DNA of 63,873 bases, filler included, from Hyphochytrium catenoides (GCA_900088475.1; 7 parts of 7 records of this genome joined end to end with filler, not necessarily neighbours in it); one strand, 5' to 3'; positions 34,870 to 47,832 are shown, numbered from the whole stretch's first letter. The notes: a model not told the origin generated them from the sequence alone. Numbers and translations are program-made.

Positions 34870-35778
34870 TTAGATCTTGGTAGAATCAGATCCGCAATAG
34901 TTGTAGATAGCTCTGCCGTTGAGAGGCTGTACATCCCTATTGTTGAAGTTCAGGAATGGTGCCTGTGGAAACGCCAAGACCTGCGAGAGCTGGGTAGTGA
35001 AGATGTCTGAGATAGAAGCGTAGACAGTACTGTGAAGTACAACCCAGTCAACGTTCTCTGTGCACGGAGACCTTGTGAGGCTTCCTTCGTAGTGATAAAA
35101 TCCCTTAGACATGTCCATAATGGCTCCAAGATCCAGCGGCTCCTGAATTATAAGCCCCTTCGGACTTCCATGGCCGTAAGTGTTAATCTGTTCTCTGGCA
35201 TAGGTGGAAATCTGGTTGAAGACATATTGCTGCTTCTCTGCATTGCTCATTCCGCCAGAGCGACGGAGATACTCAGAATCATGTCCAGAAGTAGCATTGT
35301 GAGTTTCAGGAGTGTGAATGAACTGCCCGATCACAAGCTTGCTGTCATCATCAGCTGCATGAACAAAGTGAAGCTCCATGGGGGGTCTGGAGCCCATTAT
35401 AGTGTGCTCTGCAAGGTAGTGCAAGTGGGCATTGATGAGCTTGTAAGTCTTGTTTTTCCATTGTATTTTGTAGTTGTCAGGCTTAAGGACAGCGATGTTA
35501 AGTGGCCCATTCACTTGAACTTCGAGAGTTCCCGGAGGGATGACGCCGTGCTTTACAACGAGATGCGTTGACTGGGTGCACTCTGTCGGTGTCGGAGGGA
35601 GTTCAATGGGTGACTGCCTCTTACCAGCACATGTGCCGCAGGCTGGCTCCCCCCAACGACCCTGCTCAATATAGTTGAAACAGTAGTCAGGCCCACTGCC
35701 ACCGTCAGCCTGTGCACATGAAGCAAGCAAACCAACCGCCATAGCGGCGCAGATTGCGACAGTCTGAAAGCTCACCAT
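34870..35778 (-). CDS. Secreted alpha-carbonic anhydrase, 302 aa, intronless
   Basis: Signal peptide; CAGKRQSPI; Zn ligands in AHLH and MELHFVH; AEHT; YHYEGSLT; NNRDVQPLNGR. Confidence 0.92.
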   Translation of the reverse strand: MVSFQTVAICAAMAVGLLASCAQADGGSGPDYCFNYIEQGRWGEPACGTCAGKRQSPIELPPTPTECTQSTHLVVKHGVIPPGTLEVQVNGPLNIAVLKPDNYKIQWKNKTYKLINAHLHYLAEHTIMGSRPPMELHFVHAADDDSKLVIGQFIHTPETHNATSGHDSEYLRRSGGMSNAEKQQYVFNQISTYAREQINTYGHGSPKGLIIQEPLDLGAIMDMSKGFYHYEGSLTRSPCTENVDWVVLHSTVYASISDIFTTQLSQVLAFPQAPFLNFNNRDVQPLNGRAIYNYCGSDSTKI

Positions 35779-37771
35779 GGCTGGGCAATGGCACTTTGAG
35801 AGAGTGAGATGTTACTAAAGTAAAGCTCCTATTGGGCTGCTCTTGCACCGAGGCTGTAGATTTGGAAATGAGGCAGGTTGAGTGCAGTGGGCTCGAAGAT
35901 ATCTTTTCTTGAATGGAGGAAGAGGGTAGCTTAAGGTTCCTAGTTTACACTGCTTCAGCAAGACCAAGTCCTAAGGTACAGTTTAAAGGTTGAGATAAAC
36001 GATCATCACGTCATCCCTAAAAACAGTTCAGTAATAGCTGTTGGAGCTTCGCCTTTCCCTTCCTTCCTGATCTCTTCATCATTCTTCTCCATCAGCCAGA
36101 GATTCAGAGCACTTGGTTGTCCAACAAAGAGACGGCTCACGCCTCAGAATCTTACTTCGCCGCCCACATTACAGATCACAGAACCACGTCAAGTCTTCAT
36201 CTCAAAGATCCCCACCAATCCTGTTGTTGTCGCTATTGTGGCGGATACCCAGTCTGCCCTCCATTTCCTACTGGGTGTGATGTAGGCAAGGCCATAGGGC
36301 ACTTTAGTGGGCATTTCTGAATTGTTGTTGATAGTTATGCCACACTGCTCATTGTCGCATTATTGCCTTGCTAAAAACCCATTCAAGTACAACCTAGCCC
36401 AATAGCCTATCGCCACTAATAAAACGGAATGGAGGACTCGGATAATGCCCAATAAACTCTCTAAAAACCCGTCTCAACTACTGATTGGCCGTTGGCAATG
36501 GGGCGTCCGTGGTTCTATTTTTCTAGACCACAGTAATAATAAACTTCATACATGACTTCGCAGTTCTAAAGCCCCAAGAATTAACCCTCATCATCTAGGC
36601 AAGGGCAATGTCTAACCCAGAAGGGGCCTGATGCCTTTCATGCGGTTCTATTTCCACCGACTCCAAAGGGTGAATACAACTTCCGCTAGTTCATCTCAAT
36701 GAGAGGCCCTATTTTAGAACTACAGGAGGTAGAACACAAGATGCACCGTATAGAGAAGACTTGGAACCTTATCCCGCTGCACGTGCCCCCATTTCTCTGT
36801 TTCTTCCTGCCTTCGAAGACACAGCTCCACAATCTAACCTAGGGAAGTGCAAGGTCATTACTTTGCAGATCTCCGCAAGAGCACTGAGCATCTGACAAGA
36901 GACGGCGATTGCTTCGCATTGCGGATGCCGATTAGTGAAAGTAGGAGAAGATACCGAGACAAGATGGGCGTTATCTCTTTGTTGTGGACTGGAGTCTGTT
37001 GTGGGTGGCGGAGGTAGTGTTGGTGGAGTTACTACGGTAAGAGACGTGTTCTCCCAGGGCTGGACCATCAGTGGAGGTTTCTCAGATATTGTTCGATTCT
37101 GCGGCACGCAAGGACATGAATGACCAAGTGAACATTGTGAGGTTGGGGCTTGGTTGCTATTAGACGTAGGCAAAGCAAACTTTTAGTCTTGCTGACTGAG
37201 AAGCCTACCTACCAAGGACGAATGTAATGGTAACTTGCAAAGTGGGATGTGCACTTAATGCTACATTATTGCTTCAGTTTCTATGTACCGTGAACACTTT
37301 CGACGAGAGTGGCAATCTTGGTAAAATGATGACGAAGCCTTGGAACCGCAAGGGTAGCACTTGCTAAGGGCTCAACTTGGCAGCGCGCACCCAAAAAGCA
37401 GAACGGAAGCCAGGAATGGGATTGGTGACAAGTGTCAGGACCTTCTCGAGAGTAGTCGTGACTATAATCTGGGGATCAACCTTCCGCAGGTATATGCTTT
37501 TGAGAAAAAATATCCGCCATTTATCTGTTTTGTTGCCCATCAAAGTCAGTAGGTCTGATGGTCTGAATAGGGAGCCACCCAGAAGCCAGCTCTTTGGAGG
37601 AAGCAGGGATCACAGCGATGAGTCCTAAAACATCAAGCAATATGATGAACAGTAGGTAATATGGCGTGGCCAGAACTGGCTTCAGCCACAATTTGGTGGC
37701 GCCTCTGTCATGGGTGTGATCCGCCTGAAGCTTTCTGACTTTGACAAGGAATCCTCCGTCACAGCTGGACT

Positions 37772-38855
37772 CTAGCGGTAGCCGAGTACAATAAGGACAA
37801 TAGCGTAGACGGCAAACGAGAACCAGCAAAGCTGGAAGATGTAGAAGATGATCAAGTTACGCCACCCCACACATTTCCCTAACATGTAACGTGCTCAAAG
37901 AAGTTAAGGATGACAAGCCAGCCATTGCGCAAGAGGAAACTAGGGACGAAAGGTAAGAGGCCATGGTGAGATAGGTAGCATGATAAGGATATAGTGATGG
38001 TCATGATCTTCTATGCAAACGTTGCAGTCTTCACAATGCTCTGCCGACGCCGGTTGATCAATCCCGCAGATGTCTGCATGCATACATCGTTAGAAGGGGA
38101 AGCTGGGAGCGCCAGCTGTAACTTGATCTTCGCTTACCGCAGAAGGTGTACCATCGCCTGCCTTTCTTTTCCAATTCTACTTCGCCCACCTTCTTCAAAA
38201 CGATTCCTGGATCCGACAGCGCTGTCAATAGCATTGTAGCTGTGGATAAGGCCCACAAGATGATGCTGGCATAGTATTGCGTCTCAGACCAATCATGCCC
38301 TACGACTCTGCCAAAGCAGCGGAGTGCTGTGAGGACGATTGACTATAGATAGGAGAAAAGTAAGCGAAAAGAATATAAGGGCACACTGCAGGAACCAACT
38401 AACATTGAGCTGGACTAGAAGCAAGCCGCTCCTTTGGCTAGTGCTAGAAGAGAGGTCGCCTTACTTACATTTGGGAAATAAAGATATAAGTAGCGGCTTG
38501 CAGAAGTGCGAAGGTCATTGAAAGCAGCCCCCAGTTTGGGCCAACTGCAATGAGGATCCGGTGCTTACGCCGCAAGAGTACCACGATAGACCTGCAGACA
38601 ATACCATAAATGTTAATCGCTCAGTGGCGACACTAGCTGAGATTATGCCAAGACTAGTCCGTACCCAATCCTCTCTATGCCTGGCAGTCCGGAAGGCTGG
38701 ATGTGAGGGAGATACTTATGTCTTTCAGCTTGCCCGAGTAACGCGGAAGGCCCTTTCTCATCATCTCCTTCCGCTGCATCATCGCCATTCAAGGAGTGCT
38801 GGATCCTGCGTCGAAGCAGGAGAACATCTTCCTCTTCCGTGGCTTCAGTGTCCAT
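37772..38855 (-). CDS. DHHC-type protein S-acyltransferase (palmitoyltransferase), 5 exons, ~227 aa
   Basis: Exons 38855-38665, 38591-38469, 38307-38138, 38073-37993 and 37890-37772. Translation contains VGPNW, SDPGI, FCDICGIDQPASAEHCEDCNVCIEDHDHHC-YMLGKCVGWRN-LIIFYIF. The DHHC motif is completed only by removing an AT-AC intron. Confidence 0.9.
37891..37992 (-). other. U12-type (minor spliceosome) AT-AC intron, 102 nt
   Basis: 5' splice site ATATCCTT at 37992-37985. Branch box TCCTTAAC at 37910-37903, 12 nt before the 3' end (...TTTGAGCAC). No polypyrimidine tract. Splicing joins T+GT = Cys of DHHC. Confidence 0.92.
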
Positions 38856-39332
38856 GGCCGCAGTTGAACCGCCGTACCTCCCAGATCTACTGCTCCTCAA
38901 GCGAAGAAAGATCTCCCGTTCATTGCCACAAGGCTATTGACGCAGCAGAACCTTGAAAGTGTTGAGCGGACAGAGACCAGCAAGAGCAGCCGTGGCTTTA
39001 GGGAACAACGGCGCCAGCGGCTTCTGCTTGGCCGGCGCAGCGGGCCACCGCGACATCAACAAGTCAAGCTGGTCTGTGTTCAGAACTTGGGCGGTCTACT
39101 TATGGGTAGAACAATCCTTTCTCCCCCTCTCCTTGCTAGGTCTGTGTTCTATACAAGTCCATCGTCGGCTTAGGTTTAGGTGTGGCCATAGAAGCTTCGC
39201 AGTGTTGAGGATGGCGAATTGATGTTGAAGATCATCAGCCTGACTTCCCCAGACAACAGTGAGAGCACCTTGTATGATGCTTCTCTGGCCACAGCGCTTG
39301 GCTCTTTTCCTCTCTCTCTGTCTCTGTCTCTG

Positions 39333-39368
<36 letters not shown>

Positions 39369-39686
39369 TTTTCTCCTCTCTCTCTCTTGCTCTACCTTGC
39401 TTTCACTGTTCATTCGTCTCGTCTTTCGCTCTCGCTCCCTAGCTTACATTGCAGTCACAGCTCTCCCTGTGGACCCAAGGCTCTTTGTGTCCTTTCTCTT
39501 TAGTCTCTCACAACTACTCTTCCTGGTCTCTCAACGTCATTGTCTATCCAACCACGGTGTCAAGGGGCAAAGTATCAGCTGCAGTGTATTTCTCCGTTCC
39601 TTTGAGTCTGCGCATCTACAGCGCGTTGCTCTGATGAAATTCTGAGGTCCTGGCGCTCTCCAACAGGCCTCACAAGTCAATCAACT

Positions 39687-40391
39687 ATGGGATGCAATGT
39701 TTCCGCCCTTTTCTGCGGTTCTGGCGATGATACCCCACCTGTAAGGCAGAGAGTGAGGCTGCTATTTAGATGATGCTTGTGACTGGGTTCTCGATTCCAG
39801 CTTGCTTCTGCGCTTAAGGAGTCCCCCGTTCTCACCCCTTCTCAATCGTTTTGTCCGATTCCTTTCACCCCTGACTGCGGCCTGCGACTGACCCCTTTAT
39901 TGCAGGAGCGTGCAGCCCGCGATGCAAAGCTCAGTGACCCAAAGTCTGAAACTAATGGTGCGGGCTCATCGACCAAGGGATTGAACCCCATGGTCCCTAA
40001 GGCCTTTGAGCCTAAGAACATGAACGTTAGGCGTCGCGGCCGAAGCCTCCAATGTTCGTGTACATTGATTGCTTCTTTCTTCTGGTCCAAGCCGTCACTA
40101 TCTCAATCTCAACTGCTAGCGCCACCTTCTTTATCGCTCCTGCTTGGCTCGCGCACGATGCGTTTTGCACCTCCCTTTTTCTTCCAATGGCTTGTAACCT
40201 CTTGGTGCTGCTTGAGTGACATCTTATTACTTAGATTGCCTTTGGTGCTTAGAATCTCAGGCCACCCGACTCTTCTTTATACCTCTCACAGTCATCTTAC
40301 ATTCTGCATTGCCCTCTCGTCTCATCAGCTTCAAAGTCGGGCACTGCTCTCATCTAAAGCGTCGAAGGAGGTTTGCTTGGATACTACTTAG
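39687..40391 (+). CDS. Small putative N-myristoylated/palmitoylated protein (~78 aa, 3 exons)
   Basis: Begins MGCNVSALFC. Phase-0 GT-AG exons 39687-39740, 39906-40025 and 40329-40391; the last exon is uncertain. Confidence 0.45.
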
Positions 40392-40805
40392 GACTATCTC
40401 ACTCCGCAAGGGTCCTAGCACAGTGCCGTTTTGAGAGCTAAAGCTGGCTGTCCCTCTTCTGCGGTCTGCATTCGACCATGGCGGCGGCATTCAAAAGCAT
40501 TACCTTTACTATCCTAACTTCCTCCTCTTGTTCCTTAAGTGTCAAAACCCAGGGGAGTTCTATGTCCCCTGTTCTGTTACTCTTTCCCTTCTCTTCTTCC
40601 CCCTTGTTCTCTTTATCTTTGGTGTCCCTCTTTATTATTCACTTCCCTCTTCGAGGCGGACTAACCAAGCCATCTAAGGCTAAGTAAAGACTAAGCGAGA
40701 TAACATATTGAAATAAATAGATTTATGTTTAAAAATAGCTGCAGCACAGAGGTGGCATGAGGAACGGAGGGCAAGGGTTAGAGCGAGACACACAGCAAAC
40801 TATGT

Positions 40806-43800
40806 CTAGCGGCCGAAGGTAGCCAGCGAGGGCCGCCGCTGAAGCAATAACTCTCGATTGCTTCCTCCCTTGCCAGCTAATAGCTTCTGAAGGGTTGACC
40901 CCATCGGTTGGCCGAGGTTGGCTGGTCGCGGCTGATCCGGCTTCTCCTCAAAAGTGGAAGAAGCTGGTAGCGAGCCTGCTTGCTGGTCCTTATCCTTCAC
41001 TACTACTTCCGCCGGTGCAGCTGACCTTGAAGGAGAGGTGTTAGGACTTCTCAAGGCTGTGTCTGCTGAAGGAAGGACAATTGTGCGTCCAAGCCCTGCA
41101 AACATATATGGCCGCTTCAGCACGCTGTCGTTGACGTTCTTCTGTCTAAGCGTCAGCTGGAACGTAAAAGAAAGTTTAGCAGAGGGACATGAGCAAAGGT
41201 GAGCATCCGAATACGTAATATGTGATAGCAGAGCAAGCAGGATAAATGCTTTAAATCATCCGCCTGCTGCCAATACTTTGCTCCTTTCACAGAGCTCTCT
41301 CTCTCCTTTGACCCTCAGTCTCCTTACTTTATAGTGTCTCTTCTTTTGCTTCTTCTTTCAATGTCCCCTTTTCTTTTGATATCCCTATGCTCATCCAGGT
41401 ACAGACCCATAGCCGCACAGTGTTGATTTACAAGCTTGCTTTCATCAAATATACCCTTTCCTTCGCCGCCTTCTCTCTCTGACTTACCGCAGGTGCCAGC
41501 ATGTCGGTCTGCATGGCCAATTCTCGGGTCTCAGGATTGCATTGAATGCCAATGTGGCCAATATTGGTACGGCGCCTGATGTCAGCATCATAAAGTTCCT
41601 CGTACTAAGAAAGGGAAATGACAGAAAAGTCAAAAACACATCAATTGATCAAGGGCTAAGCCACAAACAATCCCAGAGAAACTAGCTCATCTTATCACTC
41701 GATAAATGGAGCCCTGGAGATGCTGATCAAGGAAGGCAAGGCCGCAAAAAGTAGGACCAGGAAAGCTCTGACTGAGGAAACCAATCGCCGCAAGAGGTAG
41801 CGGCCCAAGGCTTCATTTTCGAAGGGGTAAAGGTAAGACTAGAGATGTGGATACCTTCTTTTTGAACTCTGCTAACTGGTCAACATAAAGATGTCCCTCA
41901 GCCTTTGCAGCCTTAAGGTCTACTTCAAGGTTATGTCTAGTGACCTCTAACATCCTTATTGAGTGTTTGAGCTGTTCATTAGAGGTTGAAGTAGTGAGCT
42001 CCCTGAAAGCGGTGAGGAAGGGTGCCAGCACAGCTCCTTACCTCTTCTCTTGCCAACTCTAACTCTCTAACAGTCCTTTTGAGTGCGTCGACCTTCTTCT
42101 CGGACGCATCTAGTTCAAGCTGCAATGTAAAGAGGTCAACACACTTCAACTTTCTTGTACCATTTCTTCCCCTACGCCCTTTATATAGCTATTGCCCCTC
42201 ACTAGTCTCCTACACTTTGTTCGTTCCCGATCATCCCATGTTCTGGCTCTTCTATGCCTTACCTGGAAGGCCTGATTGTTCTTCACTTGTTGGCTGAGTT
42301 GATTCTGAAGGTCTCTAATCTGCTGCTGCATGGTCCAGAGCTCCGTCTTCATCCTCTTGGTTTCTGCTTGTGATTCCTTCGGTCGTGGCCATTGTGAGGG
42401 AGGAGGAGTTTGGTGAAAGAGTTAGATAGAGCATAATAAATGCGCTATCTAACCCTCTGAGACAGGGCTGGTAGGCCCCTACTGTCTGTGAAAAGACAAA
42501 GCTATGTCGTACCATGTAGTCGTTGACTTGGGATTCCAGGGCCTTGGTTCTCTCTATCAGGTCCTTCTTGAGCTGCTCTTCCTTCTCGAGTATGGAGCGC
42601 CTAAGTGATCGGGTTGAAGGCAAGGGGAAGTGAATGTATTAGGGCATACTATGAAATGAGGACAAGAAAGTAAACAGAATGACCAAGGGACCCCAATCGG
42701 ACGATAAATGTCTCTGCCACTTTCTCCCTAGTTGTCTATCTCTACGAGAGACTAACATGCTTGCCGACTGCTCTTGCAGTTCATTTTTCTCTTTAGTTAT
42801 TGCTTGGAGCTGAGCATTCTTGGTCTCAACCTGAAATGTCAATTAACAAGCGGCGAGATGGGTGGTGTCATTTGGCGTTAGATTGTGGGCAAGGCGGTTC
42901 GCTTCGTAGATAAGGTTGACATAGAAAACAAAGAGTTAAAGATTGAGTAGGATGACAATGCCTCGCGACGGTAAACCTCAGGGACAGAAAGAGAGAGAGA
43001 AGAACGGAGTCCCCGTACGATGGTCACGATGTGTTTTATGGTCCTGTCAAAGTCCTGAGGAGTATCAAATGCCAAGGCCGGCACTGAAGGAGCTTCTCCG
43101 TCTGGTACTTCTACTTCTTGCAGTGTTTTCTGGAGGTTGGTCAGGACATTGGAGGTCTCCTTCGCCATTGACTTCCACTCGTCCCGCTCTTCTACTGCCT
43201 TGCGATTCTGTATCAAAGGCAAACGGTTCAGCCAAAGAGATTAAGAGAAAGTGCGTTCTTCATGCAATGAGGAATGGACAAGTAGATCCTTTAGATGGAG
43301 AGGTAAGAAGGATGCTAAGGTCAGCTACTAACATCGCGAAAGAGGAGACGGAAGAAGGAGAGGAGGCTATAGTATGACGAAAGCCAGCCTGGCTTAGAGG
43401 GAGAAAAGAAAGGTAATGGCGGGACCAGAGAAAGCATAATTTCGTATTCGAGCTGAATGAAGTCTCGCCTTTTTGTCACGCTCACTGGCCGCCTTTGACT
43501 TAGAGCTCTCTGGTGGCTTATCTCCTCCCTTTTCCCGTGAAGATGCCCTGTACAGACAATTGCAACGCTTTAGCAAGTTGGAGCTAAAATAAAGAGAGAC
43601 AGCTTATTCCCTCGGGCGATGGAGGATGAAATGAAGGAAGGGCGAGTATAGCCACGGTTACTAAACGTTAGTTCTTCCTCACTTTTGCCTTAAGAGGATG
43701 TCCTGTGCGGTCAACTTTGTGATTTGCATCTCCATGTCAGAAGCTCGCTGCTTCAGCTCTAAATTGCTCAGGATCATTTCCTGAGCAAAGTGAGAGCAGG

Positions 43801-44191
43801 ATATACAGAGGTAGGTAAGGCATCATTGAATGGAAGGTAGGTAAGCCATCGTTGAATGGAAGAAGAAAAGTGACTAGAGGAGCAGTATTAGAAATATACT
43901 GAGGCGGATCAAATCGAAGATCTGACCGGTGACGCGCATCCGTGAGAAATGAGTTAAAGTGAGAGAGAGCTGAAGAGGTGGATAGCTGTAACGCAAGCTA
44001 ACCAGATCCTAGTGTTACTCACTCTGAGGGATGTGTCTCTTCGTTCTAGTTCCCTCTCCATGACCGCGATCTTCTCTTCAAATTGTGCTCTCGCCTGCGC
44101 CAGTTTCAATGGTGTTATAAGATATCTAACCGTAGGAATTTGTATTCAAACGGGCCGACTCATGTTCTCTCTCTCCTCTCTCTCTTCTCTC

Positions 44192-44246
<55 letters not shown>

Positions 44247-47200
44247 ACATTTGGCTGCCTCTCCGTTTCTCTCTGGCGCTTGACTCCTCTTTTCTTCCCC
44301 TTCTCTTCCCTTCCCTCCCCTTCCGTCTGGGTTTATAACCTTGGACGAGAGACCCCCGCTTGTCGGTGACTCATACTCATCTAGCCTAGCCTTTAGACTA
44401 GCCTCCGAAGTTCTCAGCTGAGCACAAAATTAGTTTGCGACCTCCAGGCAATGAAGCAAATGATGAAGTACAGGCATTTTAAATGAACCAGGGGCTGAGG
44501 TATCTTTCATTGGGAGAGTTGGACATTGACACGAACGAGGTAGATTAATACGTCGATCAAACCTGCTGAAGCTTGTCCTCCAGGTCTTCCACAACCTTCT
44601 CGTTTCTTGCGATTTCGTCTGCAAGCTCTACCTTGGCCTGCAGAGAAGTTGGACTGTTAGAAATCAGGATCACAGTGATAACGTATGGCCTAGAGGTGTG
44701 ATGGAAGGTGAAACAGGTACAGACTTCCAGTATCGTCTGCAATTCTTCCGCTATCCCCTTCTTATCTCCATCTCTTCTACGTTCTCGCCCCCACAAGTTG
44801 GCGCTCTCTCCTTCTGTATGGAGACACATCTCTTACTCTTTTGTCCTACCTGGGCCAGCTGTTGCGTCAAGGCAGCTTCAGCTTGCCTCGCTTCTTCCAT
44901 CACTGCATTTTTCCGAGCGACAGCTTCAGTAGCTTCTGTGACTGTATGGGCATGTTAGTCAAAGGCACATGACGGAGGTATTGCTAGATGAAGGGTACCG
45001 GGAATGATAGGCCTAGAACGATTTATAAGGGAAAGGAAGACGTGGACATGTAGGCTGACTGAAGTCTAAAACAGGGAAACGGAGTGGGAGATAAATCACA
45101 GCCCTTAGAAGAGAACAGGACGGGGAGGTACGTAAGGAAAGTAGATCTCACGTGTGGTCCTCACGATTTCCAGCTCCGCCTTAAGAGACGACTCGGTTTG
45201 GTAGGCGTTGCCAAGAGCCTCTTCGAGCCTTTTAGTAGGTGTACATGCAAATCAGCTAGCTTAGCGACAGGGGGATGGAGTTTCAAAAGAGACCACACAG
45301 AGCAGGGACAGAGAGAAAAAAAGCGAGCGAGCGAGCGAGCGAGCGAGAGAGAGAGAGAGAGAAAGAGAAAGAGTAACATGAGAAGCAACCATGAGGCGGA
45401 GGGAGTTCGAGGGGAGATATAGCAATGGTAGAAGCATAATACGATAGAACTTACTTCCCCAGTCGTTGTGCCTGATGCTCCATGGTAGCCACATTCCTTT
45501 GCCTGTCTTCAAGAGCCTTCTCCCTCTACCATAGTGTGGATTGTTAGTGCTACAAGGCAGGCGACGGAAGTCGGCAAAACTGAAATCGGAGCACAACGTC
45601 TGAGGTCCAACCTGCATAGAGGATTTGGAGAAGACGGGTGATCGAGAGAGTATCATGCTACGCCCTTTACCTCCTCTCTTAGATGACAAGCTTCCACTTC
45701 GATCCTCTTCAGTCGGAGTACCTCCTGGTTAAGCTCTCGAACAATTTCCATCAGCTTCGAGAACAAGAGAAGTCTTTTAGCCAAGCAGCCAAGAACTTAA
45801 ATTCAAGATCTAGTCATTGGGGGACAGAGTAGGTTGATACAGAGAAGATAAAGAAAAGACGAGGATGATTCACTCAGGGAGCAAGAGAAAAAGATGCGCA
45901 AAGGAGACAACGTAAGGGGGAACGTCCTTTCACCTCGTTGTTCCTCTCCTTCGCATTTTCAAGCTGCCTTTTGAAGTTGTCCTCTCTTTTCTGGAACATC
46001 TCCTGAACTTCATTCTTCCGACTGATCAACGTGTTCTTTAATTGGGCGATCTCGCCAAGGAGAAACTCCTGCTCGCTCTTCTTCTCTGCCAAAATACTCT
46101 CTTTCTCTTCCTAGAGCCAAGAAAGCCAGGAAGTGAGCACTGGATCGCTTCCTCACCCTTTGGTGCTCTTTGGCTACACTGCCGCCCCCCAGGCTATGGG
46201 TGTCAATCTCCAACCATAGTGGCATGGGCATGTCTACTTAAGTTTGCGGCTAACCTTTGCTCGAAGCAACTGCATACTGAGCTCCCAGGCTTCTTGGGCT
46301 TTCATCTTTTCGCTTTGTTTGCTTGCATCTAACTGCACGCGTATCTCTGTCACGCGATCGTCCTAGGTTTGACCGGAACCATAGGACAGACATATGAGGA
46401 AGGTGCCGGTCCCAAACGACGAATGACACTACTGAGAGTAAGAAGACGGCTAAAAGTCGCCGAAAAAGGCACAGGTTGAAGAAAGTGAGAGACAAAAAGA
46501 AGGCCAAAGCGAGAGAGAGAGACGAAAAAGAGAGAGACAAAGATGGAGCATAATGGAAGAGAAAAAGGTGCCTGCGAGAAATCTTACCTCTCTATGGATG
46601 AGCTCATAGCTCCCACCGCATCTCTCGCAGTTCGAGAAGTTAAACTTGAGATCCTTTGGCGCAAATAATCGAAGAAAGGGCCTCATATCGAAGGATGGAA
46701 AGGAGGTCTGAACATGCTTCAAGTCGACCGAGTAGTCCTTTCCCTGAATCTTTTTATTCAGCAGTTCATCCTATGAGGGCACCATTCAAGAAGAGGAACG
46801 TCATAGATGTTATACATACACAGCGCGAAAAAGAGGAGACAGAGATAGCAAAGAGAGAAAGAAGAAGAGAGAGAGAGACTAACAATGATAGAGGAAGAGG
46901 AAATAGATAAGAGCTTATTGTTGTCCAAGACGTTGTACTGTCTGGCCAAACAGATTGCGCCAAGTTGATCAATCATTCACCCGGAGCACGAGAGAGAGAG
47001 AGAGAGACAAAGAGACAGAGAGACCGAGAGAGACACAGAGAGAGAGAGACAGAGAGAGAGAATTCTTTCGTTCACGGAGACAGACAGGCTAAAAAAGGAT
47101 CGAATTGAAGGTGGCCAATGTCACATGTAACCAGGTACAGCGATGTCTAACAATGAAGAGAATGACTGAAAGTTGAAGCGGCAAGAAGGGAAGCAGATCA

Positions 47201-47832
47201 TAGGCACAAACACTGGACCTTCAAGCTGCTAACATCTCTATGGTAAGCTTTCCTAATCTCATCTAGAAGGATACCACGTCGATGGAGCTTCGCTCTTAAG
47301 AATGACACTTCATCCTCTAGCTGAGTCTGGCACGCATAAAGAAGGGTTAGCAGAGGCGAAGATGACCTGGCAGGGACTCAACATTCATCACTTATATCAC
47401 TTCTCCCTTGATTCATATTTTATACCTCGTCTCTTTCTCTCTATGCCACGATAGAGATCTTACCGGATCCATCGCCTGGTTCCTCATGGCTGCTTCCTCT
47501 TCTTCCTCCAGGTCCTTCACAACTGGCTTGGCTAAAAGCACGGAGGTCCGACCTTGTGGGGCAGCCAGAAAGCTTCCTGCTGCTCCAGAAGGCACAGCCC
47601 TCGACCGCCGCGGTCCGAACGAATCACCACGAAGAGGCTGAGCGGAGGCCATCGGCTCTCTTGCTATTGCATCTTCTGAAGATGGAATGGGAGCAACTCC
47701 ATGGATGGATCCGTTCTTCAGGCGAGGGAGAGGAATTCCGTGTCCCAAAGGATGGCTTGCATCTTCAACATTCTCGGGATGGAAGGCACCAGCATACTGG
47801 CTTTGATTCCTGGAAGAGCGTGAGAGATCCAT
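40806..47832 (-). CDS. Large multi-exon coiled-coil protein with an N-terminal CxxCGG motif; function unknown
   Basis: Phase-consistent 5' exons (..NQAMDP|TQLEDEVSFLRAKLHRRGILLDEIRKAYHRDVSSLK|DELL...CERCGGSYELIHRE|DDRVTEIRVQL..), followed by many E/K/Q/L heptad-rich exons. Last exon ends ...RRPSLATFGR* at 40806. Not every internal junction was checked. Confidence 0.7.
43809..43860. repeat. 26-bp tandem duplication (AGGTAGGTAAGSCATCRTTGAATGGA x2), intronic
   Basis: Two adjacent copies, 2 mismatches. Confidence 0.8.

Noticed and set aside
47266-47274. GTATCCTT on the minus strand as a second U12 donor
   Set aside because: It lies inside a coding exon (RRGILLDEIRKAY) bounded by normal AG/GT sites with matching phases.
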